Assembly (NCBI GenBank): GCA_963759155.1
Contig: CAVWXX010000027.1
Span: 136,144 to 200,143 of the forward strand
Source of the DNA: an uncultured Gammaproteobacteria bacterium
GTDB lineage: Bacteria; Pseudomonadota; Gammaproteobacteria; Xanthomonadales; SZUA-36
Direction: 5' to 3'
DNA: 64,000 nucleotides
Position 1 is the first letter of the stretch, and each line of letters begins with the position of its first letter. The position numbers and the translations under genes were made by a program. Below the pieces are notes generated by a model. It searched no databases and was not told where the DNA came from. It was given only the letters and a program-made list of their open reading frames with translations. Shown piece by piece: positions 1-8,680 of the stretch.

Positions 1-1310
1 ACTGGACCGGGTCCATGTGCCTCACGGAATCCGCAGCGGGCTCAGACCTCGCAGCAGTTGCCTGTAAGGCGGTGCCGAAAGATGATCATTTTCTGATCAG
101 TGGTCAAAAAATCTATATCACCTGGGGTGATCACCAGATGACGGAAAACATTATTCATCTCGTGCTGGCACGACTTCCGGATGCACCGGCGGGTGTCAGG
201 GGGATTTCCCTGTTCCTCGTGCCGAAGTTTTTACTGGATGAAAACGGCCGCCCGGGTGAGCGTAATGACGTCTATTGCGTGGGTATTGAACACAAGCTGG
301 GTATCCATGGCAGTCCCACCTGTACCATGAGTTTTGGTGATAACGGTGGAGCGGTTGGTTACCTGGTAGGTAAACCCAACCAGGGTCTGATGGCCATGTT
401 TACGATGATGAATGAAGCGCGTCAGGGTGTTGGCATCCAGGGCCTGGGCGTTGCTGAGGCCTCTTTCCAGCAGGCCGTGCCTTACGCCAAAGAGCGTCTC
501 CAGGGGACGCGCAGTGATGGTTCGCGCTATCCGATCATTGAGTTCCCCGATGTTCGACGTATGCTGATGCTGATGAAGTCGGCCACTGAAGCCATGCGCG
601 GCCTGGCTTACCTGGCAGCGGCCGAGACTGACCTGGAGCACAACGCGAGCGACCCTGAAAAAGCACAACAACATGCCTTACGGGTTGGCCTTTACACACC
701 CATCGTCAAAGGTTGGTTGACCGAACTGTCCCAGGAACTCACTTACCTGGGTACACAGGTACATGGTGGTATGGGCTATGTCGAGGAAACCGGTAGTGCG
801 CAGTTTTACCGTGATGCGCGCATCATGACCATTTACGAGGGAACCACGGGTATCCAGGGTCTGGACCTGGTTGGCCGTAAAACACTCGGTGATGGCGGTG
901 TGGCGCTGCAGGGCTTGCTCGATGAAATGCAGGCTACGGTTGAAGATATGGCCGCAGTGGATGGGCTCGGAGAGATGGCCGATGCTTTGAGGGCAGCTGT
1001 AGACCAGGGTGTCCAGGCAAGGGCCTGGTTGCTTGAGAAAGGCTCACAGGATCGCAATGACGCCGGTGGCGCCAGTGTTAATTTCATGATGTTGATGGGC
1101 TACCTCTGCGGCGGCTGGGTGATGGGTAAATCAGCAATCAAGGCAACCCAGCTGCTGGCTGCCGGTGGTGGCGATGAAGCCTTTTTGAAAACCAAGCAGG
1201 TCACGACACGTTTTTACTTTGAGCACCTGCTGCCACGTACCGCCGCTTATCTTGCAACGATCCTGGCAGGTAGTGAAAGCATGATGGCACTGGATGCCGA
1301 ACAGTTCTGA
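1..1310 (+). CDS. acyl-CoA dehydrogenase, large FadE-type, C-terminal part (5' end outside window)
   Basis: The reading frame is open from the window edge (codon phase starts at nt 3). Motifs MCLTE..GSD and IYEGTTGIQGLDLVGRK are typical of ~600-aa acyl-CoA dehydrogenases. Stop at 1308-1310. Confidence 0.85.
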   Translation, partial: WTGSMCLTESAAGSDLAAVACKAVPKDDHFLISGQKIYITWGDHQMTENIIHLVLARLPDAPAGVRGISLFLVPKFLLDENGRPGERNDVYCVGIEHKLGIHGSPTCTMSFGDNGGAVGYLVGKPNQGLMAMFTMMNEARQGVGIQGLGVAEASFQQAVPYAKERLQGTRSDGSRYPIIEFPDVRRMLMLMKSATEAMRGLAYLAAAETDLEHNASDPEKAQQHALRVGLYTPIVKGWLTELSQELTYLGTQVHGGMGYVEETGSAQFYRDARIMTIYEGTTGIQGLDLVGRKTLGDGGVALQGLLDEMQATVEDMAAVDGLGEMADALRAAVDQGVQARAWLLEKGSQDRNDAGGASVNFMMLMGYLCGGWVMGKSAIKATQLLAAGGGDEAFLKTKQVTTRFYFEHLLPRTAAYLATILAGSESMMALDAEQF

Positions 1311-1340
1311 GTTCAGGCGCTGCTCAGGTCGTGGTTAGCC

Positions 1341-1979
1341 ATGCATGATGAATGGCTGGCCCGCTGGGAGCAAGGTCAAACCGGCTGGCACGAAACCGGT
1401 GGCAGCAGTGCGCTTCGCAAGTACTGGCCCCGGCTCAAAACGGGCAGTCGCGTGCTTGTGCCCTTGTGCGGAAAGTCACACGACCTGTTATGGCTGGCAG
1501 AGCAGGGCTTTGACGTTACCGGTGTAGAGCTTTCAGAAATCGCAGCACGGGCCTTTTTCAACGACTCAGGTATCCGCTTTGAGCTTGAAAAAGCGGGTGG
1601 GCTGTTATGGTTTCGAGCGTTGAAGTACCGCCTGGACATCGTTTGCGGGGATTACTTCGGGTTTTCCGATGAGCCTTTCGATGCCCTGTACGACCGGGCC
1701 GCACTGGTTGCTTTATCTTCTGAGCTTCGTCCTGCGTATGTTGAACACACCAAAACGTTATTAAAGGCGGATGCTGCGCAATTATTGCTTACGCTTGAGT
1801 ACGACCAGTCAAAGGTTGGCGGCCCGCCATTTTCGGTGTTACCAAAAGAGGTGAACGCTCACTGGCCGCGCCTGCAAAGGGTTGGTCAACTGTGTGCACT
1901 CAAAAATATGCCGCCAAAATACCGGGAAGCTCAATTGAGTGAGTTTGTCGAAGCGGTATGGTTGTCAGCGCCAGGTTAG
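1341..1979 (+). CDS. tpm: thiopurine S-methyltransferase family protein
   Basis: 212 aa. N-terminal W..RW..G..GWH and the VLVPLCGKS.DL.WLAEQGF.V.GVELS SAM-binding block are characteristic of the TPMT/Tpm family. Confidence 0.8.
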   Translation: MHDEWLARWEQGQTGWHETGGSSALRKYWPRLKTGSRVLVPLCGKSHDLLWLAEQGFDVTGVELSEIAARAFFNDSGIRFELEKAGGLLWFRALKYRLDIVCGDYFGFSDEPFDALYDRAALVALSSELRPAYVEHTKTLLKADAAQLLLTLEYDQSKVGGPPFSVLPKEVNAHWPRLQRVGQLCALKNMPPKYREAQLSEFVEAVWLSAPG

Positions 1980-1999
1980 GTCCGGGGGGTGAGCAGGGG

Positions 2000-2707
2000 C
2001 TAAGGTTTCTGTAGCAGGTCGACGCGAATGGGTGTCAAAAATAGTGCGCCATCGTCACCGAGATGGTGCTCGAACATCTGTTTAACCTTGTCGAAAAGAT
2101 TCTGATCGAGCTCATGGTCGGTGTGACTTACGTTGATAATGGTGTTTTCAAACTCGGCAAAGTCCCTGTAGCGTCTTGGTGTATTGAAAAAAACTTCCTC
2201 AACCAGCGTGAACATTTTTCCATCTACGGCCCTTTTTATCGTATTGAATGCTTCTTCTCTAACCTCTTGTTCATTGTGAAATAAGCTCAGTATTTCATTG
2301 AAATCACCAGAAAAAATTGGTTCAGAAATGTACAAAAATCCGCCTGGCTTCAATACACGCCTGATTTCCTGCAACGATACCTCCATCAACTCCACCGGTA
2401 TGTGATGCAGAGATTTGAACATCAACACGATATCGACCGATTCATCACTCAATGGAATGTCCTGTGCGCCGGCAAGGCCAAATTCCACATTGGGTAAATC
2501 ATTGATCAACAGGTTGTTTTGATGGGCGACCTCGTCAACTTCCAAAGCGGTGATTCGGCGATTAACACCTGAAGTTGCGATATCCCGGGTCTTTTGAGCA
2601 AGACCACAGCCGAGTTCTAAAATATGTTTCTTATCCAACGCCAGTAGACGGTTGTAAACCTCGGCTTCCAGGCAGGCTAAATTGATAGGGTCGGCTGCAA
2701 TTTTCAT
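2000..2707 (-). CDS. class I SAM-dependent methyltransferase
   Basis: 235 aa. Motif I ILELGCGLAQ and the post-motif VLKPGGFLYISE are present. GC is visibly lower than in the neighbouring genes. Confidence 0.75.
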   Translation of the reverse strand: MKIAADPINLACLEAEVYNRLLALDKKHILELGCGLAQKTRDIATSGVNRRITALEVDEVAHQNNLLINDLPNVEFGLAGAQDIPLSDESVDIVLMFKSLHHIPVELMEVSLQEIRRVLKPGGFLYISEPIFSGDFNEILSLFHNEQEVREEAFNTIKRAVDGKMFTLVEEVFFNTPRRYRDFAEFENTIINVSHTDHELDQNLFDKVKQMFEHHLGDDGALFLTPIRVDLLQKP

Positions 2708-2719
2708 CGCTGGACAGCC

Positions 2720-3472
2720 CTAAACGTGCGCCGCGACCATCACACGCTTGTGATAGCGCAGTTGCTCATAGGCATCTTCGGGTGGTTCGAGTACGGTGGC
2801 GCTGGAAAAACCGATTTTCTCGAGTATCCACATCAGAGCATCGAGACTCGGTACCAGGCTGATCCCGGTAACACTGGCTTCGGGGCCGTGGGTATCATCC
2901 ATCTCATCGATAATGCCAAAGCTGCCTTTGAGTGGGCGAACATACTGGTAACTGCCGTAATCCACAAAGCCGGTCATACCCGGGACAACCTGGGTTTCAA
3001 TGATGCATAGATTTTTGCACAGATCGCGGCAGGTGCGCAGGGCGCCAATCGGGTTTTCCAGGTGGTAAAGCAGGCCCAGCATTAGCACCACGTCAAATTG
3101 CCCCAGTTTTTCACTGCTTAAATCATGCACATCCCCCTGTTGAAAGGAAAGTTGCTCCATTTCATAGATGTTGGAAATCAACTTGCTGTCATCCACGTGC
3201 GATTGACGGGCATCGATACCCAAAACCGGTGAGAAGCCGGCGCGCGCCATATTGACCGCAAACCAACCCTGGTGAGAGGCCAGGTCTAACGCTGATAAAC
3301 CGGTCCGCCCGGCGCCCAGGTTTCTGTCCAGGTAGGATTCCAGCATCCGCCAGCGGGTGTCATGGATCACATGGATATCCGCGTCGTGATAGGTGGACGT
3401 TGAACTGCCATCAGGCAATTCATAGGCATAAAACCACTCCCTCGAGTGTGCCTGTTCGATCAATGTGGACAT
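2720..3472 (-). CDS. class I SAM-dependent methyltransferase
   Basis: Methyltransferase fold motifs ALDLASHQGWF and FDVVLMLGLLYHLENP. I place the start at ATG 3472, which is preceded by a GGAG Shine-Dalgarno; the track start at 3553 is a GTG extension. Confidence 0.7.
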   Translation of the reverse strand: MSTLIEQAHSREWFYAYELPDGSSTSTYHDADIHVIHDTRWRMLESYLDRNLGAGRTGLSALDLASHQGWFAVNMARAGFSPVLGIDARQSHVDDSKLISNIYEMEQLSFQQGDVHDLSSEKLGQFDVVLMLGLLYHLENPIGALRTCRDLCKNLCIIETQVVPGMTGFVDYGSYQYVRPLKGSFGIIDEMDDTHGPEASVTGISLVPSLDALMWILEKIGFSSATVLEPPEDAYEQLRYHKRVMVAAHV

Positions 3473-3577
3473 GGAAAACTCCGATAAGAATTTAGCGGTG
3501 GAATTATGACAGCAGCTAATGCTGAGAACCAGTGTCACGCGCGTCGGGATCACAAGGTGTCGTTGTCAGGAGAGGTG

Positions 3578-4885
3578 TCAACTTGACGACCGCTTAGCCG
3601 AGAATTTTCGCGACAGGGCATACAAGACTGTGCCAAAGCCCATAAATACCAGGGTGGTCATCCAGGACTGGGCGGAGGCGTAGGTAATCAACCACAGGCT
3701 TAACAGGACGGCGATAGCGGGAATCAGAAAACCACCCGGCAGGGTGAATTGCCCCGGTATGGGTTCGGTTGATTTTTCCAGTCGTGGAAGCGCCACGATA
3801 CACACAATGTATGTCAGCAACCTGACGAGCGTGCTCATGACCGCCAACCACACAAAGCTACCGGTCAGTGCCAGCAGCAGGCATAAAATACCGTAAAACC
3901 ACAGGGAGGTATGAGGTGTTTGAAACCTGTGGTGTACACGTGCAAACCACGAAGGCAAGCTGCCCTCAAGTGCGAGTGCGTAGGTCATTCTCGGTGCCGA
4001 TAGAAAAGTCGACTGCAGGTTGCCGCCAATTGAAAAAACCGCACCGAGCGTCAGGATGGTCGCTCCAATAGGCCCCAAAAGCACTACCGCAACATCTGTC
4101 AACGCCTTCGAACTCGAAGCCACATCCGGCAAGCTTGAGATGGCTATCATCTGGATAAGTACATAAACCAGCCCGGTGAAAAGTATCGTGTTGACCATCG
4201 CCCTGGGAAGGTCGCGGCGTGGATGGTGGCCTTCACCCGCTGCTACCGATGTGCCTTCAAAACCGACATAGGCATAGAGTACGATTAATACAGCCTCACT
4301 CAGTTGGCCGAATTCGGGCAGATCGGCTCCACCCAGCATTTGTAAATCGATATGGCCCAGGCCAAACAGGACCAGCAGCGATAAAGGCAAGAGTTTCAGC
4401 GCAGTTAACAGGTAGATAATGCCGATACTATTCCTCGTGCCGCGGACGTTCAGCCAGGTTAACCCCATGATCAATACCGTCAAGACAATGGAGCGAACCG
4501 GATTATCTGCAAACGGTGACCAGAACCAACTGGCGTAAGTGATCAATAGGTTGGCATTTGCACCCATGGCCGTCGCACGTCCGAGGTAAGCAAGCCAGCC
4601 GGTCTGAAAACCGACAAACGGGCCGAAGGCGTGACTCGCATAAAGGACGATACCACCAGTATCACGAAACATGCTGGAGGCGCGGGCAAATGACAGTACC
4701 ACGCTGAAAATCAGTATGCCTGCGATAACAAACAACCAAGGGCTGAACGCCCCGGTCTTGGCAGCAGCCACGGCAGGCAGGCCAAAGATACCTGCACCGA
4801 TGACACTATTGAGCGCCATCGCACTATAACCGGTTTTACTGATCGCCCGGCGTAGCGCCGGTGCTGGGCTGTCCTGATCTGTCAT
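3578..4885 (-). CDS. APC-family amino acid permease
   Basis: 435 aa, about 12 hydrophobic helices, and an APC-like N-terminus (MALNSVIGAGIFGLPAVAA). Confidence 0.8.
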   Translation of the reverse strand: MTDQDSPAPALRRAISKTGYSAMALNSVIGAGIFGLPAVAAAKTGAFSPWLFVIAGILIFSVVLSFARASSMFRDTGGIVLYASHAFGPFVGFQTGWLAYLGRATAMGANANLLITYASWFWSPFADNPVRSIVLTVLIMGLTWLNVRGTRNSIGIIYLLTALKLLPLSLLVLFGLGHIDLQMLGGADLPEFGQLSEAVLIVLYAYVGFEGTSVAAGEGHHPRRDLPRAMVNTILFTGLVYVLIQMIAISSLPDVASSSKALTDVAVVLLGPIGATILTLGAVFSIGGNLQSTFLSAPRMTYALALEGSLPSWFARVHHRFQTPHTSLWFYGILCLLLALTGSFVWLAVMSTLVRLLTYIVCIVALPRLEKSTEPIPGQFTLPGGFLIPAIAVLLSLWLITYASAQSWMTTLVFMGFGTVLYALSRKFSAKRSSS

Positions 4886-5130
4886 GATTTAACCGTTGCC
4901 TGGTGGTAAGGGGCTCGACAGTGTTATCCAGGCATAGTTTTAGCGCTGCGCTTAAATGCCGGATAAGCCACTCTAAAGTATGCCGGTGTTTTGCTCAAGA
5001 CTGTTCTGCCCGCCTGACATGCCGGCAGAGTTACTGATGATCTTGAACCGGATTGTGTTACGGTTGTGGTGCTGGTTTTTCAACCACATCGAATATATTG
5101 AGCATAATCAAGTATTTTACCGGTGGAATT

Positions 5131-5745
5131 ATGAAACTATTTTACTCGCCCGGTGCTTGTTCACTGGCACCCATGATCGTTGCCGAATGGCTGGGTATAA
5201 AGCTGGGTTTGCAAAAGGTGGACCTGCAGAATCTCGACGAATCCTTTCTCCGTAACAACCCGATGGGTGCGGTTCCGGTTTTACAGATGAACGATGGTGA
5301 ATATAAAAACCAGGTGGATGCCATCCTGCAATATTTCTGTGCCCTGAACCCTGAAGGAAAGCTTGTCGGTGAGGATATTTTTGAATGGTTTGAGTTGGAC
5401 CGGTGGATCGCATTTCTGACGGGTGATTTTCACCCTGCCTTTGCTCCCTGGTTCAAACCGTTGCGTTTTACAACAGCGAGAGATGATGCGTCTATCGCCG
5501 CCGTCAGAACAGCTGCGGTTAACCACATTAACAAGGTTGCTGCGGTATTGGAGGATAAAATTGGTCCAACACACCATATTGTTCTCAACCGGCGTACCAT
5601 GGTGGATGCCTATGCGTTCTCAATGGTTCGCTGGATGGAATACATGGGCGGCGGACTGGACTCCTATCCCAATATCCGCCGCTTCATAGACTATATGAAG
5701 GCGGACCTGGGTGTTCAACAGGCCCTGAAAAAAGAATCAGCCTGA
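5131..5745 (+). CDS. gstA: glutathione S-transferase, GstA-like
   Basis: MKLFYSPGACSLAPMIV... closely resembles the E. coli GstA N-terminus (MKLFYKPGACSL), and the length is GST-like. ATG at 5131; the track start at 5053 is an upstream extension. Confidence 0.8.
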   Translation: MKLFYSPGACSLAPMIVAEWLGIKLGLQKVDLQNLDESFLRNNPMGAVPVLQMNDGEYKNQVDAILQYFCALNPEGKLVGEDIFEWFELDRWIAFLTGDFHPAFAPWFKPLRFTTARDDASIAAVRTAAVNHINKVAAVLEDKIGPTHHIVLNRRTMVDAYAFSMVRWMEYMGGGLDSYPNIRRFIDYMKADLGVQQALKKESA

Positions 5746-5788
5746 ACAAGGTGACTTGGGCCTTTGGAAGCCAGCGTTCGCATCACGG

Positions 5789-6985
5789 TCAGTTCTCCCT
5801 GAGGTAGAGCCATAAACCTGCTGCCAGCAACAGGAACACAAGTTGACCCAGCACGAAATCCAGCCATTGGGTATTCAACAGGGGAACGGCAATGCTCGCA
5901 ACAGCGGCATTGGTCACCGATTGGAGAAAGCCCTGCATTGAAGCTGCAGTACCGCGGTGGGTTGGCAGGCAATCAAGTGCCAGCACGGTTATGGCCGGCA
6001 TCATCACGGCAAGACCAAGTACGTAAAGCACCAACGGCCCAACGACTGAAATAATACTGGCTGAGGCAACACCGACCAGGACGAGGTTAAGTGTCATGGC
6101 AGCTATCATTACCAGCAATCCCGTTGAAATGGTTCTTTGCGCGGACCAGCGATGAGCGAGTCGACTCGAGATGGACGCCCCGACAATCAGGCCGGATACG
6201 ATCGGAATAAACAACCAGCCAAATTCATTGCTGCCGAGACCAAGGAAATCATAAATCACAGAGGGTGCGCCGGCGATATAGAGAAACAGCCCGCCGAAAG
6301 AAAGTGAAAGGCAAAGTACCAAAGCAGGAAGGCGCCTGTGAAATATCGCACTGATATAGACACGCATGACGGCGGCGGGGCGTATCGAGCTGCGTTGTTC
6401 CTGGTGCAGGGTTTCTTTGATGAAAAAACCCATCACGACCAGCAGGCTGCCAAAGATACTCAGAAACCAGAAAACACTGCGCCAGCCGAATTGATCGTGT
6501 AGCCAGCCACCCAGTACCGGTGCCAGCGCCGGCGCCAGTGCAAACAGCATCATTACCTGTGACATCGCGCGACGTGCCGCTTCGGCATTGTGAGCATCAC
6601 GTATCATGGCCCGGCCGGCGATAAATCCGCCGCTGGCTGCAAGGCCCTGGAGCACGCGCAGCAACATGAAAGTTTCTGCACTCTCTGACAGGGCACAACC
6701 GATGGAGCCAAGCGTATACAAGGCCATGCTGACCAGGATGACCAGGCGGCGACCAAACCGATCAGCTACCGGCCCCCAAAAAAGCGTAGAAACAGCGAAA
6801 GACAAAAGGTAAACCGCCAGGCTTTGTGAAAGCATGGCTCGCGAGATTCCGAACTCCAGCTCAATATCCGGGAACGAGGGCAGGTAGGCATCAATGCTGA
6901 ACGGACCGATCATTGCCAGTAAGGCGGCAATGACGGTCAGGTGGTGTGTGCCCGGTCTGGTGAGGCTGATACCTTTTTTTGTCAT
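5789..6985 (-). CDS. MFS efflux transporter, Bcr/CflA family
   Basis: 398 aa, 12 TM helices, MFS motif A GPVADRFGRR. Confidence 0.8.
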   Translation of the reverse strand: MTKKGISLTRPGTHHLTVIAALLAMIGPFSIDAYLPSFPDIELEFGISRAMLSQSLAVYLLSFAVSTLFWGPVADRFGRRLVILVSMALYTLGSIGCALSESAETFMLLRVLQGLAASGGFIAGRAMIRDAHNAEAARRAMSQVMMLFALAPALAPVLGGWLHDQFGWRSVFWFLSIFGSLLVVMGFFIKETLHQEQRSSIRPAAVMRVYISAIFHRRLPALVLCLSLSFGGLFLYIAGAPSVIYDFLGLGSNEFGWLFIPIVSGLIVGASISSRLAHRWSAQRTISTGLLVMIAAMTLNLVLVGVASASIISVVGPLVLYVLGLAVMMPAITVLALDCLPTHRGTAASMQGFLQSVTNAAVASIAVPLLNTQWLDFVLGQLVFLLLAAGLWLYLREN

Positions 6986-7053
6986 CCGGGCAGGTGATCC
7001 TTATTAAGCACCGGTGACAGGTAAAGTCTTGTCTGCCTAAAACTTATACCGAA

Positions 7054-8361
7054 TCAGACGATCTCCGGTTGCAGTGGTTTTTCGCATTTACGCGGGGCCG
7101 CCTGCATAAAACAACCGTGACTCTTGATCTCCTCAAGCCGGCAACTCCAGTAAAGCTGACCGTTGTATACGGTCATGTCGGGGCAGCCGTCACACATGTT
7201 GGCGCGACCATCTGCCATCAAATCAACCGGTTGGATGATCGTAAATGTCTGCATATGCAGTTTGTCACGGATAGATGCATCATCATGACCCATGGCTTTT
7301 ATAAAACGTTTACCGATTTTTCTCATGCCCGGATCCAGCAGTGAAAACATGGCGGTGGTTGACTTGCCACGTTGCAGCAACTTGGGTGTCGAGTAGCTCA
7401 GCCAGGTGCCCTTGAACAGATGGTGTCCCATTTGCAGGTATTCCATGTACTTGGGGCTGACATAGCCAAAGCCCTGTTTCATATTGGCCATACGCGCCCC
7501 GATCAGCCACTTGGTTGAATTCGGGTCAACGGTGCCGCCAAGATAGGCGCTGGGTTCAAAATCAGGGTCAACTTCACGGATCTTCGCAACCACGTGCCGG
7601 GCTTCGATCAGGCTGTCTCCACCCCAGGGGGTTTCTTCATAGTTGTCATACTCGGTGACGTTTTCACCATTGGCGTAAAAGTCGAATTCACCTGTAAGAC
7701 TGGGGCTGCGGAATAGAATAAATACCACTGTATGCACGATATCAGGGTATTGCAGCGCCCATTCCATCGTATCTTTGACCTGATCCAGCGTGTTTACGCT
7801 GACGGTCTGGTTGAATGAGCAGGTCAGACCACCGGCTTCGGCGACCATTTTTGCAAACTTGGTACGCAACGCGTTATGGTCTGCTTCTCTGGTGCCCTCT
7901 GAGTCCTTCCGGATTTGTGTTGTGTCTATATGAAAGGTAAAACCGGAAGCGCCGGCTTCCTTGAGTTTCATTAGTAATTTTTTGCCCAGAGCCAGGCCAT
8001 TGGTGTTGATGATGGGCTTCCAGCCTCCCTCACGAACCATCCGCACGATGTCTACAATTTCGGGGTGCATCAGGGGATCACCACCGGCCAGGCTCATGCA
8101 ATCGCTGTTACGCTGGGCCTTGAATACTGCCAACTCATCTGCAATTTGCTCGAGCGATTTGTGATTGTCTATATGTGGACGATAGCAACCTTCACAGGTC
8201 AGGTTGCAGGCATCGGTGACTTCCAGCCAGGAAATACCATTGTCATTAAGTGTCCATGGAAGTCGATAATATTTTTGCGGTGTCAGGGCCGGTGCTTCCG
8301 GCATTGGATCGGTATTCTTGCTGCGTGATTCCGGTTTGGTTTCCAAAACTGCTGCATTCAT
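7054..8361 (-). CDS. radical SAM protein, unassigned subfamily
   Basis: CNLTCEGCY matches the CX3CX2C radical SAM motif, and the C-terminus is Cys-rich (MCDGCPDM...WSC...HGC). ATG at 8361 is preceded by a GGAGAAGAGG Shine-Dalgarno; the track start at 8427 is an extension. Confidence 0.8.
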   Translation of the reverse strand: MNAAVLETKPESRSKNTDPMPEAPALTPQKYYRLPWTLNDNGISWLEVTDACNLTCEGCYRPHIDNHKSLEQIADELAVFKAQRNSDCMSLAGGDPLMHPEIVDIVRMVREGGWKPIINTNGLALGKKLLMKLKEAGASGFTFHIDTTQIRKDSEGTREADHNALRTKFAKMVAEAGGLTCSFNQTVSVNTLDQVKDTMEWALQYPDIVHTVVFILFRSPSLTGEFDFYANGENVTEYDNYEETPWGGDSLIEARHVVAKIREVDPDFEPSAYLGGTVDPNSTKWLIGARMANMKQGFGYVSPKYMEYLQMGHHLFKGTWLSYSTPKLLQRGKSTTAMFSLLDPGMRKIGKRFIKAMGHDDASIRDKLHMQTFTIIQPVDLMADGRANMCDGCPDMTVYNGQLYWSCRLEEIKSHGCFMQAAPRKCEKPLQPEIV

Positions 8362-8680
8362 GATTCTAACCTCTTCTCCATAATCCCAGTGGGATTTTCC
8401 GGTATCAGGACCGGCTTGAGCGCCCATTCGTTTTATTCGGTAATTTGTATAGTTATAACCGGGGTGTGATTATGCTGCGAACGAGATTGAATACAATGAC
8501 ATAGGTCATGTTCCCCGCGTAAGCCCAATTAGCCCAAAAGGGGGGCGAATCAAATTTATTCGCAATTTTTGTGCGCCGTAACTGACATAAATCACCATGC
8601 CCAAACCGCATTCCGTATATCGTTTAGCACTGCAAAATTTAGTCACTTGATTCGAGTTAACAATAGGATGGAGACGAAGT

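Noticed and set aside
5053-5130. N-terminal extensions of track ORFs (5053, 14447, 33856, 40807, 51328, 53785, 3553, 8427, 23569, 26107, 26866, 39817)
   Set aside because: In most cases an internal ATG, usually preceded by a Shine-Dalgarno, gives the family-typical N-terminus. It also removes the overlap with the upstream gene where there was one. The extensions begin at GTG or TTG, or add non-homologous residues.
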